Positions 12,128-22,974 of a stretch of DNA of 64,000 nt are shown in pieces. This stretch comes from Cetorhinus maximus. Taxonomy: Eukaryota. The stretch lies in the NCBI RefSeq assembly GCF_964194155.1, contig NC_135901.1:25854001-25918000 (forward strand). Direction: 5' to 3'. Each line of letters begins with the position of its first letter. Positions within the stretch are counted from its first letter, which is position 1. The position numbers and the translations under genes were made by a program. Below the pieces are notes generated by a model. It did not search any database and was not told the DNA's origin. It saw nothing but the letters and a program-made list of their open reading frames with translations.

Positions 12128-12718
12128 ATGGAGAAACCGTGGAAATGTGAGGACTGTGGTAAAGGATTCACCTATTCATCCCGGCTGGAAATCCATCGAC
12201 GCATTCACACTGGGGAGAAGCCGTTCAGCTGTTCTGTGTGCGGGAAGGGATTCACTCAGTCATCCGGCCTTCGGTCACACCAGCGAGTTCACACTGAGAA
12301 GAAACCGTTCAGCTGCACAACCTGTGGAGAGAGGTTCAAGTCTTCATCCATCCTCACTGAACATCAGCGAATTCACACAGGTGGGAGACTGTTCATTTGC
12401 TTCGTGTGTGGGAAGGGATTCACTCATGTATTTGCCCTCCAGTCACACCACCGAATGCACACAAAGGAGAATCCATTCAGCTGTACTTCCTGTGGAAAGA
12501 GTTTCAGGCAGTCAACTGACCTCAATGAGCATCAACGCACTCACATTGGGAAGAAGCCATTCACCTGCTCCATGTGTGGGAAGGGATTCTGTTGGTCATC
12601 TCAACTGCTGACACATCAGCGAGTTCACACTGGGGAGAGGCCATTCACCTGCTCCTTGTGTGGGGTGGGATTCACTCAGTCACAACACCTGCTGAGACAC
12701 AAGCGGGTTCACAAGTGA
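12128..12718 (+). CDS. KRAB-less C2H2 zinc-finger protein (gene B), 7 fingers
   Basis: MEKPWKC start in Kozak caccATGg; 7 intact fingers; ends HK*. Confidence 0.88.
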   Translation: MEKPWKCEDCGKGFTYSSRLEIHRRIHTGEKPFSCSVCGKGFTQSSGLRSHQRVHTEKKPFSCTTCGERFKSSSILTEHQRIHTGGRLFICFVCGKGFTHVFALQSHHRMHTKENPFSCTSCGKSFRQSTDLNEHQRTHIGKKPFTCSMCGKGFCWSSQLLTHQRVHTGERPFTCSLCGVGFTQSQHLLRHKRVHK

Positions 12719-13169
12719 CTGCAGGAGATGGACTCTGCTGTTATTGCTGCTGTGAATCACACCTAGGACTGATAGTCTGGCAATATTAGGTTTGTTTCTG
12801 CTGATGTTAACAACCTTGGCTGGAGTTTAATATTCTGGAGATGTCACTGACTTTCAGGGCTGCAATGTCCGTTTTTAAAAGCACCATTTGTGGTCTTTCC
12901 CTTGAATACAAGAACTCTCCCCGGGAACTAGTTTACAATAAAATTTTGGATTTTACTTCAATCCTAAATTGATATTTGATGCAAAATCTACAATTCAGTG
13001 TCAGAAAGGTTCCAGTGATGAACATCTCCAGTTATAAAGTGCTGATTAATCCTTGCTGACAATTCTTACTGACTTGCACATTCTTTAGTGATACCTTCAT
13101 TATGAAATTAAATTAATAAGGAACGTTAAACAAAATAGTGAAATCTTTTACAGGCACATCAAGAAAAGC

Positions 13170-14068
13170 TTCATCAATCAATATTGATATTGTTGAAGCT
13201 TGGAAATCGCTGAGTTCAATCATTTCTGACACAGCAGCAGCAACATTTGGTAAAGGTGGAACCCACAACAAAGACTCAGCAGAGATGACATCTGTCATTG
13301 AAGCAAAAAGCAAAGCCTACCTGATGCACAACATAAACCCAACAGCTAGAGCAATGCACAACTTGAAAGTAGCCAAGATGATTGTGCAAAAGACAGGGAG
13401 ATACAGTATAAAAACACTGGATCAGCCTATGTCAAGAAATCCAAATTGCCAGTGACAATGGAAATCTATGTGCAATGTATGATGGGATCAAAAGGGCACT
13501 TGGTCCGACCATCACCAAAGTTGACCCCTGAAATCACAGATGGTGAAGTACTCACTGACAAAAGTAAACAGATATCCCACAGGGCTGAACACTACTGTGA
13601 GCTGTACCCCCGTAAGACAGACATTTCCCAGTCTGTTTGTCTCTCTCCTGCAGCTTCCCATCATGTTTGAGTTGGATAAAGAACCTGTATCTTTTGAGCT
13701 TGACCAGCCCAATTATTCTTAGCAAGCAGGAAAGCACCCGGCCAGGATGGAGTTCCAAGCAAACTGCTCAGGTACAGGAAGTCCCAGGTTTTGTGAGCAC
13801 CTCCTTCTCTGGAAGGTAGCATCTGTTCCACAGGACTTGCATGATGCAGAAGTCATCACAATATACAAAAACAAAGGTGAGAGTGGAGATTGCAACAATT
13901 AGAGAGGCATCTCACTCCTTAGCGTCACAGGGAAGACCTACACTACGGTCATGCTTAAACACTTTATCTTTTTGCAGACCGAGTGTATCCAGGAACACAG
14001 TGCAGTTTCTGTGCTGGCAGATCTACAGTGGAAATTACCTTCTCCATACACCAGCTACAAGAGAAGCG
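13170..14068 (+). mobile_element. RTE-clade LINE fragment
   Basis: VPQDLHDAEVITIYKNKGESGDCNN*RGISLLSVTGK, an RTE RT N-terminal motif. Confidence 0.8.
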
Positions 14069-14379
14069 TACAATTGGGATTTAAAATGCTGCCAGCTTAC
14101 GTGCTGAGAAAAGTGAAACGTTATAATTACTGAGTGAAAGTAAACCTTTTAGCATGAATCACAATTTACTTGTAGAATTATAAAAGGCACCGAAAAGTTG
14201 GATTCCCTAAAGAAAAGCTTCAGCCTTGAAGTTATGATCCGGAACTTACAAGCTGTAGGGAGCTCCACCCTCTTTGACTCTTTTTGGTCTAAGAAGGTTG
14301 AAAGCATTTGTTAACCTATGACTGCTAACTTATTTAGTTTTAATTTTCTTCATTTATATTACAGTCATTTGCAAAGGCG

Positions 14380-15686
14380 TGTGATGAAAGCTCAACTCAC
14401 CTTTGGTTCAGAGGTCAGGAACTCCAGTTCGGAAATGCATGTCAGATGACCTGAGATGGAGCGCCATTATCTTGGTGTGCCAGGGAGCAGGACACGGAAG
14501 GGGGAGAGGGAGAAGTTCCCAAACCAGGGAGAAATCCCAAAAAGTAGTCCCAGGTAAGGGATGAAGATAGGGGACATGAATAGGTCCCCTTAAATGAGGT
14601 AAAGCAAAGGAGCAGATAAATAGGCTCAGAGTTAAATAAGGAGCTGCAGTGAGCAGACTTGTAGTGAAGTGGGCTTGAGAGAAGCCCTGAAGATCTGAGA
14701 AGGCAGCTGAAGGTCGGTGACTTGGGTACCTCTTTGAAGCAGTGGTGTTCTGCTTGACACAGCCAAAGATCTGAAATTGTGCTTGGAATGTGATGCTTGA
14801 GTTTACTCGAGAATCCAGGGGAAAGGAATCTCAGGAGATATTGAAACCCTGTGAGGTGGGCCATTATTGAAACTGCCCGAGTGGGAGTGACTTTTGGAAA
14901 GAATTCCAAGGTTAGATCTTCAGATGTGGAGATTAGAAACCCTCATGAGAAAGACAAAGTTTCAGTGGAATTGGTTGGCTCACAATGTGACAAATGTCTG
15001 GGTGGGTTCTGGAGCAATCCATGGAATCTGCTTTGGTTGCATCTGTCATTGAAAATTCAGAGTGCGTCAAAGAGATAGGACAGGAATTTTAAGCTCTTTG
15101 ATAAGAAAAATTGCAAGGCCTTTGGGGACAGTAGTTAACTGAATAATCAGTTATAGAACTCAGTAAAGTGATCAGTTTAGCAGAGGTGCTACTGGAAGGT
15201 GGAGTTTAGGGAACTAATTTGTTCATTTTGCAGTTGAAGAAGCAATGAGTTTAAAGTGCAATTTTTGGGTGTCTCGGGGAGAGATACAAGTTGCGTGATA
15301 AGCATCGAGTGAATGTTCAGGAATTCACCGGAAGAAAACTGTTTGCAACTGTGCCAGTCCCAAGTGAGAAGATTTTGTGTCAAGCTAGTGGTAACTCTTC
15401 AGTAGTTTATGTGTCTGTAAAGATATTTCTGGGGTAAAGGAATAACATCAATCTGAAGTGTCTTCTTTTGTTGGTATTGAGATCTTTCCAACCTTTTTGT
15501 CTGGTGTAATATAGTTCTTTTTTTCCTGTTTAGTAACTAGTTTATTCCTTGCATTAGAAGTTCATCAACAGACTCCTGTTGACGAACTTTCCTTCACAGT
15601 TTCTTCAAAAAAATTTAGGATCTGTCAAACCAGGATTCACTCTGGGATCTTATTGTCAAGTTTTAACATCAGCTGGGATTGTAACA
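14380..15686 (+). mobile_element. Probable solo LTR (~1.3 kb)
   Basis: Begins TGTGATG, ends ctgggattgTAACA; no ORF; TSD not evident. Confidence 0.5.
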
Positions 15687-15849
15687 GTAATCTGAAGAGA
15701 GAACAAAAGAGCTTGGAGAAACAAAAATGGTGTTTGGTTCATCTATGATCTGAAAAGAAAAGTTATGTAAAGTTGACACAATTGTGCACATTTGAGAACA
15801 TTTGCTCCAACTTTCTGCAAACAAGCGAAGACGTTAACCCCTGTCCCAC

Positions 15850-16921
15850 TGTGACAGTTTGAACTAAAGACTTTGCCTTTTAAAGATTTGGATTTATCCC
15901 ACTTGCTGTCTTTCAAGACAAAATGTTTGATAATGGGAGATTTGGGAGTTAGGTCTAAACTGAATTGTAAGTATTTCCATCTCTGATGTAAAAATGCCAT
16001 ACTACATGAATATTGAATTGGACAGTAAAGTTCCTCCAGGGCTCATGAATGAGATAGAATGGTAATTGATGGGATGGCCCACTTAGAATAAAAGACAGAA
16101 AATCATACCAACAAATGGAAGTTGGAATAACTCATCCTGGGTATAGTTCAAGAGAATAGATTAATCTGGTATCAATGTACATTTAAATGGAAGAAAGGAA
16201 AGTGTAGATGAGACTAGTAAATTGATAGTGTTTTGTTGAAGATGTTAGTATCCTTGCCTCTGAACTTTTCAAGGAAACTGCATTTAATAGTCTGGCCACT
16301 ACCTGAGGCATTGCAGTGGGAGATAAGCCAAGATCGTCAGACACCCTCTTGATCTTTTGGTAAGATTACCTGAAAGTCAAGAGTGGCTTGTATCATACTG
16401 CATGTGTAGCATGATGTTGGGATACTGGTGTGAGTGTGCAAATGTGATTTGCTACATGTGAAGTAATTAACATGTGGAAATGTATGGTGAACCTGCTCTG
16501 AGGAATGAGTCCCAGACATGCCCAGGAACTCAACAACACAACAACATAAAGTGATTAATGTGGTTAGTAGAATGAGACTTTTTATGTTATCAGTGCTCCA
16601 TAGAGAAACAGACTTTAAAACAATCAGGATAGAATTAAACACATTAAATTCACCCTCCTAATGTTAACATTGAGTGGTTCATTGTTACACTGGGTGATCA
16701 GCCCCACTTGCAGATAGTGTGAAATACAGGACAACATCCCTGGATAATCACTGCCTCTAATATCCTCTTGGTATTACCGATGATGCTAATTTCCCTTAAT
16801 GTTCATGGTCTGGTTGATGAAGAGAATCCAAAGACAGATTACAAGGGGAAAGAATATAATGGAAATGTTTGCACTGACCAAGAGTAAAGCTTTGAATCAA
16901 CAAAAGGAAGATCATTCTTGA
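15850..16921 (+). pseudogene. Degenerate env-like relic, paralog of 8776-9750
   Basis: ...QHPWIITASNILLVLPMMLISL TM segment; nucleotide homology to the reverse complement of 8776-9030; followed by PPT 16927-16937. Confidence 0.55.
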
Positions 16922-16937
16922 GCCTCGAGGTGGGGAA

Positions 16938-17595
16938 TGTAGACAGGGAGGCCAGGTGAGGAATATCTGAATAATTCTAATAGCTTTATTAAACATTTCT
17001 CAAAGGTATGAATCTGTAATAGAAGCAGAAGGTCCTATTAAGGATAAGATTAGACAGGAATAGATCAATGATCTGAAAGGACAGATAATGTATGTTCTCG
17101 ACACTGAGCCAGAGGGTCAGGGGATGAACTCAATACAAAGACATTATTAAGTCTCTCAGAAAGAGATGGGATTTTCAGGCACAAACTGTGACAAAAGAAA
17201 TGACATTATCTCTCAGACTCACTTAAAGAGGATTAAATTATTTACAAGATGAGTTCATTAGATTGATCTTTTTCCATTTTAATTTACAAAAACAGAAGAT
17301 GTTGATATTTGTTATCAAGTTAGCAAGACCTTACTAAAACAAAAATGGTTCAATGCACAAAAGCTTGGGGCCCTTGACCTGGTCTAACTTTGACCAGGGT
17401 AACCAGATTAGAACGATGTGCTGATCGCACTCACAACTCTTTCTGATGATTCCTCCCATGAGTATACAGTAATCTCATAGTCTCAGTATGTAGTCACTTG
17501 TGTAATAGAAATAAACATTAAACAACGACCCATTGTTTCCTACTTTCTGAGCTTGTTTGAAGGGGTCTGGGTCCAGATAATTGTGTAAGAACACA
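16938..17595 (+). mobile_element. ERV 3' LTR (~660 bp)
   Basis: Starts TGTAGAC after PPT gaggtggggaa, AATAAA ~17510, ends aacaCA; inverted paralog of 7123-8759. Confidence 0.65.
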
Positions 17596-17699
17596 ATGTA
17601 TAATTAGCCTTTTAGAGGCCAACATCCTGTTACAATTTGAAATTAATCCAGAGATCTCTGAAAAGCAGTGGATCCATTATCAAATTTATTTCAACATAG

Positions 17700-18460
17700 G
17701 AAGCTGGTAAATGACTGACTGATTCTTTTCCCATGCACACAGCAGGTGAATAGCCTCTCCCGTGTGTGAACTTGCTGGTGTAACAGCAGGCGAGATGACT
17801 AAGTGAATCCTTTCCAGCAGACAGGTTAAGTGAATGGCCTCCCCCCTGTGTGAGTTTGCCAATGACTTTCCAGCTTGGATAATTGAGTTCCCACAGTCCT
17901 CATATTTTCACATATTCTCCATGTTGTCAGTGTTCTTGTGTCTCTCGAAGTTGGATACCCAGTTGAAACCTGGTCCACACACAAAACATGTGTACGGTTT
18001 CTCTCTGCTGTGAATGGTGTGATGTTGTCCAGGCTGTGCAACTGGTTAAAGCTCTTTCCGCAGCCAGTGCACTGGAACACTCTCACTTGGGTGTGTGTCT
18101 TGGTGCTTTACTCCTTGTGATGAGAACCAAACTTAATGTGCCATCTGCACCATTCCTCTCCTCCACTCCCAGTTTTCTCCCTCCTACTACTCTGGCTGGG
18201 TTCAGTTCTCACTTGTGTGCAGACTGGTAATGAAATCAATGACTCAATAATTTTCTCTCCTGGTCACTGCAACCCTGAAGCCCCGCCCACTCCCTGTTCC
18301 CTTACCAAGATGGCCACGCATTTGCTGGGCTACTTCCTGAAGCAAGATGGCAGCCATCAACCTGGGCCTGTTCCTGGGAAAAAGCCCCAGAGTGGCAAAT
18401 GTGGGCCCTGCAGGTTCTTATTCAGGTCCTGTGGCCTTCACCAGGTTTTTCTAAAGCCTT
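17700..18460 (-). pseudogene. ZNF pseudogene C (deleted and frameshifted) with CpG-decayed upstream module
   Basis: RVFQCTGCGKSFNQLHSL...TMEN..LESHWQTHTGGRPFT*; 18140-18460 is homologous to the gene B intron module. Confidence 0.8.
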
Positions 18461-18759
18461 GATCCCCTGCATGCCACCAGCTCACCTGCCTGAAGAGCGC
18501 ATCCAGCACTTGCATGGTTCTGGTCAAAGCAACACAGGGCATGCTTCAGATACTGTCCAGCACTGCACCTACACACTGAGCTTGTGTGGAGTGAACAGGG
18601 CACATTTCCTTCTGCGGGGATTGTTGGGCAAAAACCCTGACATTGAAAATCCCAAATAGTAAATAATGGTTGATCTCTCTGATGCCATTGAGATGCACGA
18701 ATCAATTAAATCAATAAAATTAATTTTAAAAGTCTCACAGATATTCAAGTTCACTGGAA

Positions 18760-18880
18760 CTCTGACATGGCACAGGCCTGAATGAGATGAATCACAGCAG
18801 AATCCAACATCCGCAGTCACAGATGAACTCACTGGTGTCTCATTTCTTTCCATACACAGGATATTTAAACAGCCTCTCTC
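18760..18880 (-). pseudogene. Isolated last-finger plus 3' UTR remnant of a ZNF gene
   Basis: Reverse complement gagacaccagtgagttcatctgtgactgcggatgttggattctgctgt matches the ZNF stop/3' UTR consensus. Confidence 0.6.
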
Positions 18881-18975
18881 CATTACGAATGTTTTGTGAA
18901 TTAACTACTTTAGTCTTTTAAAGCATTTCTCAAGGTGAGAGAATTTAATGTGCCTGTTCCAATGTGGAATTCACT

Positions 18976-19256
18976 CAGGGCAGGTACAACACATGTTAGA
19001 AACAGAGTAAAGATCCCTTTACACTTTCCCATCAAATATTCCCAAGGTAGGTCCAACGAGTGTTAGAATTAAATAGTGAGCAAAGCTCCCTCTAAATCGT
19101 CCCATCAAACACACCCAGGGCAAGTACAGCCCAGGCTAGATAAAGAGAAAAGCTTCCATAACGTGCCACATCAAACAGTGCCACAGAGCAGGTACAGCAC
19201 GGTTTTAATAAGAGAGTAAAACTCCCTCTGCACTGTCCCATCAAACTCTCCCAGCC
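18976..19256. repeat. Degenerate ~67-bp satellite-like tandem repeat, about 4 units
   Basis: Unit resembles cagggcaggtacagcacgggttagatacagagtaaagctccctctacactgtcccatcaaacactcc. Confidence 0.75.
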
Positions 19257-19357
19257 AATATCGAGCAGGGTTCAGGGAGGTTAGATCCCAGGCACTGCAC
19301 TGATGTCATAAAGCATCACCGTTCTATCCATCTGGTCCTCTCTTTGTCCCTTTAAAG

Positions 19358-19628
19358 GTGGAGAACTGGGACATCCTGTCTCCAAACACATCCCACCCTG
19401 TTCATACTGAGAATCCCAGGGTGGAGAACTGGGACATCCTGTCTCCAAACACATCACACCCTGTTCATACTGAGAATCCCAGTGTGGAAAACTGGGACAT
19501 CCTGTCTCAAAACACATCTCACCCCGTTCATACTGAGAATCCCAGTGTGGAAAACTGGGACATTCTGTCTGAAAACACATACCACCCTGTTCATACAGGG
19601 AATCCCAGGGTGGAGAACTGGGATATGC
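19358..19628. repeat. 63-bp minisatellite, about 4.3 copies
   Basis: Unit gtggagaactgggacatcctgtctccaaacacatcccaccctgttcatactgagaatcccagg. Confidence 0.9.
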
Positions 19629-19629
19629 T

Positions 19630-19790
19630 GGTATGTGTCCAGGACAAATTACTATTTGCAAGGTGAAGGTACATCAGCAGCAGGGTTAGTGAAGAGGTTG
19701 ATGGTAATAACCAGGCAGACTAACTCACCAGGGAAGCTGATCCAATGGGGATTCCATGGGATCCACCCAAAATACAATCATTGGCACTGT
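19630..19790 (+). pseudogene. Retroviral RNase H C-terminal relic
   Basis: PGQITICKVKVH...DGNNQAD*LTREA (KVKAH...GNxxAD motif); paralog of 32685-32820. Confidence 0.6.
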
Positions 19791-20085
19791 GACCTGACTG
19801 AAGAGTTTAAGATTATAAAGGGGTTCAATAATCCAAATAGGGATTTCATGAGAAACTTCTTTACCCAGCGAGTGGTGAGAATGTGGAATTCGCTACCACA
19901 GCAAGTGGTTGAGGTGAATAGCGTGAATACGTTTAAGGACAAGCTAGATACATAAATGAGGGATAAAGGAATAAAAGGATATGCTGATGGGGGAAGTGAA
20001 GAGGGGTGGGAGGAGGCTCATGTGGAGCATAAATACTGACACAGACCAGTTGAGCTGACTGGCCTGGCCCTGTGCTGTAGAGTCA
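19790..20085 (+). mobile_element. CR1 3' fragment
   Basis: MRNFFTQRVVRMWNSLPQQVVE..FKDKLD* plus 3' UTR. Confidence 0.8.
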
Positions 20086-20125
20086 ATGGAACAGGAACAA
20101 ACATATTTATTTTATATCTACCTGT

Positions 20126-20703
20126 AGTGGTAGATACAGAGTCACCAAAGAAATTTGGGCCAGACTTAGCAAGGGTCATGGCGTTGTGACCTCACTTAAC
20201 AGAGTATGGAGCAGCCACAGCATCTCGATTACAACAAACATGTGTCTTGTGAAAGCCCTTGTGTGGCCGGTGACAATGTACGAGTGTGAAAGCTGGACCA
20301 TCAAGAAGAATGAGGAGGCTCGAATGAGAGCTTTTGAAATGAAAGGCCTCAGACGGATATTCCATGTGTAATGGACGGCGAGGAGGACGGACAAGTGGGT
20401 GCTCGAGAAAGCTGGTGTTAAGAGGAACTTGTTTGAGGCAGTGATATCAGGGAAGCTCACAGAGTTTGGACACGTGACGCGATCAGGAGGGGAGTGTTTG
20501 CAAAAAGAGGTAATGCAAGAACATACACCTGGAAAATGTGCACAAGGAAGACCCAAGATGGAATAGATGGATAATATCAGAAGGTGGACTGACCTCTCAA
20601 TGGGACAGGCAGTGAGGGCAGCAGAGAATAGAAATCAGTGGAGAAAGATTATTCATAGTGTGGCAACCCTCAGAACAAGGACAGGTGAAAAACAAGATAA
20701 GAC
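20126..20703 (+). mobile_element. RTE-clade LINE 3' fragment
   Basis: LVKALVWPVTMYECESWTIKK..AFEMKGLRRI..FGHVTR; possible TSD acctgta. Confidence 0.85.
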
Positions 20704-20910
20704 ACCTGTAATATAGGAAAAGCACTATTTACTATCCAGGATAAAATAAATGTACTTCATCTGCCTTTGTTGATCATTTCATTTCATTACCGGCCAGTCC
20801 AGTAGAAAGAAACCCTCTGACCCTCCCACTTCACCAACTGTCAGAAGGAACATGGTTCAGTCCTGGGTGTGATTAACAGCAGCAATAACAGCAGAATCCA
20901 ACCCCTGTAA

Positions 20911-21837
20911 TCACTTGTGAAATTTCTGGTGTCTCAGCCGGTGGAATGAATCACTGAATCCCTTCCCACACTCAGAGCAGGCGAATAGTTTCTGCCCGGA
21001 GCGAACTCGCCAGTGTTTCAGCAGATTGGAAGACTGAGTGAATCCCTTCCCACACACAGAGCAGGTGAACAGCCTTTCCCCTGTGTGAACTCGCTGGTGT
21101 GCCAGCAGGGTGGATGAATGAGTGAATCCCTTCCCACACACGGAACAGGTGAACGGCCTCTCCCCAGTGCGAACTCCCTGGTGTCTCCGCAGGTGAAATG
21201 AATCACTGAATCCCTTCCCACACTCAGAGCAGGTGAACGGCTTCTGCCCGGAGTGAACTTGCCAGTGTTTCAGCAGATTTGAAGACTGAGTGAATCCCTT
21301 CCCACACATGGAGCAGATGAATGGTTTCTCTCCGCTGTGAACTCGCTGGTGTGTCAGCAGTGTGGATGAATCCTTAAATACCTTCCCACAGTCAGAGCAG
21401 GTGAACGGCCTCTCCTCAGTGTGAACTCGCTGGTGTGTCAGCAGTGTGGATGAATCCTTAAATACCTTCCCACAGTCAGAGCAGGTGAATGGCCTCTCCT
21501 CAGTGTGAACTCGCTGGTGTGTCAGCAGTGTGGATGAATCCTTAAATACCTTCCCACAGTCAGAGCAGGTGAACGGCCTCTCCCCAGTGTGAACTCGCTG
21601 GTGTCTCAGGAGAAGGGATGAATTAGTGAATCCTTTCCCACAATGAGAACTGATGAATGGCCTCTCTCTGCTGTGAACTCGCTGGTGTGTCAGCAGTGTG
21701 GGTGACTGAGCGAATCCCTTCCCACACTTCGAGCAGATGAACGGCCTCTCCCTGGTGTGACTGCGTCGATGAGTTTCCAGCTCAGACGGGGTTCTGAATC
21801 CCTTCCCACAGTCCCCACATTTCCATGGTTTTTCCAT
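20911..21837 (-). CDS. KRAB-less C2H2 zinc-finger protein (gene D), 11 finger units, 3 with ligand substitutions
   Basis: MEKPWKC start; three identical [21 protein letters not shown] fingers; acceptor at 22145-22147. Confidence 0.85.
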   Translation of the reverse strand: MEKPWKCGDCGKGFRTPSELETHRRSHTRERPFICSKCGKGFAQSPTLLTHQRVHSRERPFISSHCGKGFTNSSLLLRHQRVHTGERPFTCSDCGKVFKDSSTLLTHQRVHTEERPFTCSDCGKVFKDSSTLLTHQRVHTEERPFTCSDCGKVFKDSSTLLTHQRVHSGEKPFICSMCGKGFTQSSNLLKHWQVHSGQKPFTCSECGKGFSDSFHLRRHQGVRTGERPFTCSVCGKGFTHSSTLLAHQRVHTGERLFTCSVCGKGFTQSSNLLKHWRVRSGQKLFACSECGKGFSDSFHRLRHQKFHK

Positions 21838-22394
21838 GGTGCTGGTGTCCTTGTGTCTCTCCCGGTTGGATAAATAGTTGAAGCCTCGTCACACACAGAA
21901 CACGTGTACAGGGTCTCCCTGCTGTGAATGGTGTGATGTTTTTCAGGCAGTGTAACTGGTTAGAGCTCTTTCCACAGTCAGTGCACTAGAACACTCTCAC
22001 TTGGGTGTGAGACTTGGTGCTGTTCCGGTCAAACTGATGTTAAAATGGCCAATGGTATTCACATCCCAACGAATCAAGTGATGTCAGATCGTGATGTGAC
22101 ATTTGTTTTGCGATTTCTGTCTCCAAATCTCGCCTTCTAATATCCTGTAAAACGAATTTACAGAAAGTCATCACCGTCAGTACAGGATGGAAATTCAGAA
22201 CAGACAATTCCAGTTTCTATGGGTCATTCTCTCCTCTCTCGTTCCCCAAAAGCTGTAAATCTCTGCCCCACACCCTCTCCCTCCATCCTCACTCTGCTGT
22301 ACCTAATATACACCCTCCCCATTCTCCTGAAAGTGCTGCTTCAAGCTGATCGACAGATCAATACACACTGCTTTCTGTCCTCAGCACAGAGATC

Positions 22395-22895
22395 ATAACA
22401 TCATAAGAAATACAAGCAGGCGTAGGCCATTTGGCCCATTGAGCCTGCTCTTCCATTCAATAGGATCATGGTTGATCTGATTGTGACCTTAAGTCCACTT
22501 TCCTGCCTGTCACCCATGACCCTTGACTCTCTTGTCAATCAAAAGTCCGTATAACTCAGCCTTGAATATATTCAGTGACTCGGCCTCCATTACTCTCTGG
22601 GGAAGAGAATTCCACAGAATAATGGCCCTCTGATAGAAGAAATTTCTCCTCAATTCCATGTTAAATGAGAGCCCCCTTATCTTGAGGCTCTGCTCTCCTA
22701 GTTCTAGAATCCCCCACGAGGGGAAACAGCCTCTCTTCATCTACCCTGTCAACCCCCCTCAGAATCTTATAGGTTTCAGTAAGATCACCTCTCATTCTTC
22801 TAAACTCCCATGAGTACAGGCCCAACCTTTCCTCATAAGACAACATCTTCATTCCAGGAACCAGCCTGGTGATCCTTCTCTGAACTGCTCCTAAG
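22395..22895 (-). mobile_element. CR1 3' fragment
   Basis: LSYEERLGLYSWEFRRMRGDLTETYKIL...RRNFFYQR..WNSLP plus tail. Confidence 0.85.
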
Positions 22896-22974
22896 TTATT
22901 CTTGGGAATAGCTCCCCTTAATTAAGGACACCAAAACAACACACTGGGGAGAGGTATTGTGATCTGAAAGCTAT

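Noticed and set aside
19358-19628. Regular repeats resembling a CRISPR array or a repeat protein (VENWDILS..)
   Set aside because: Whole 63-bp units repeat with no unique spacers; eukaryotic context; the ORF is a by-product of a unit length divisible by 3
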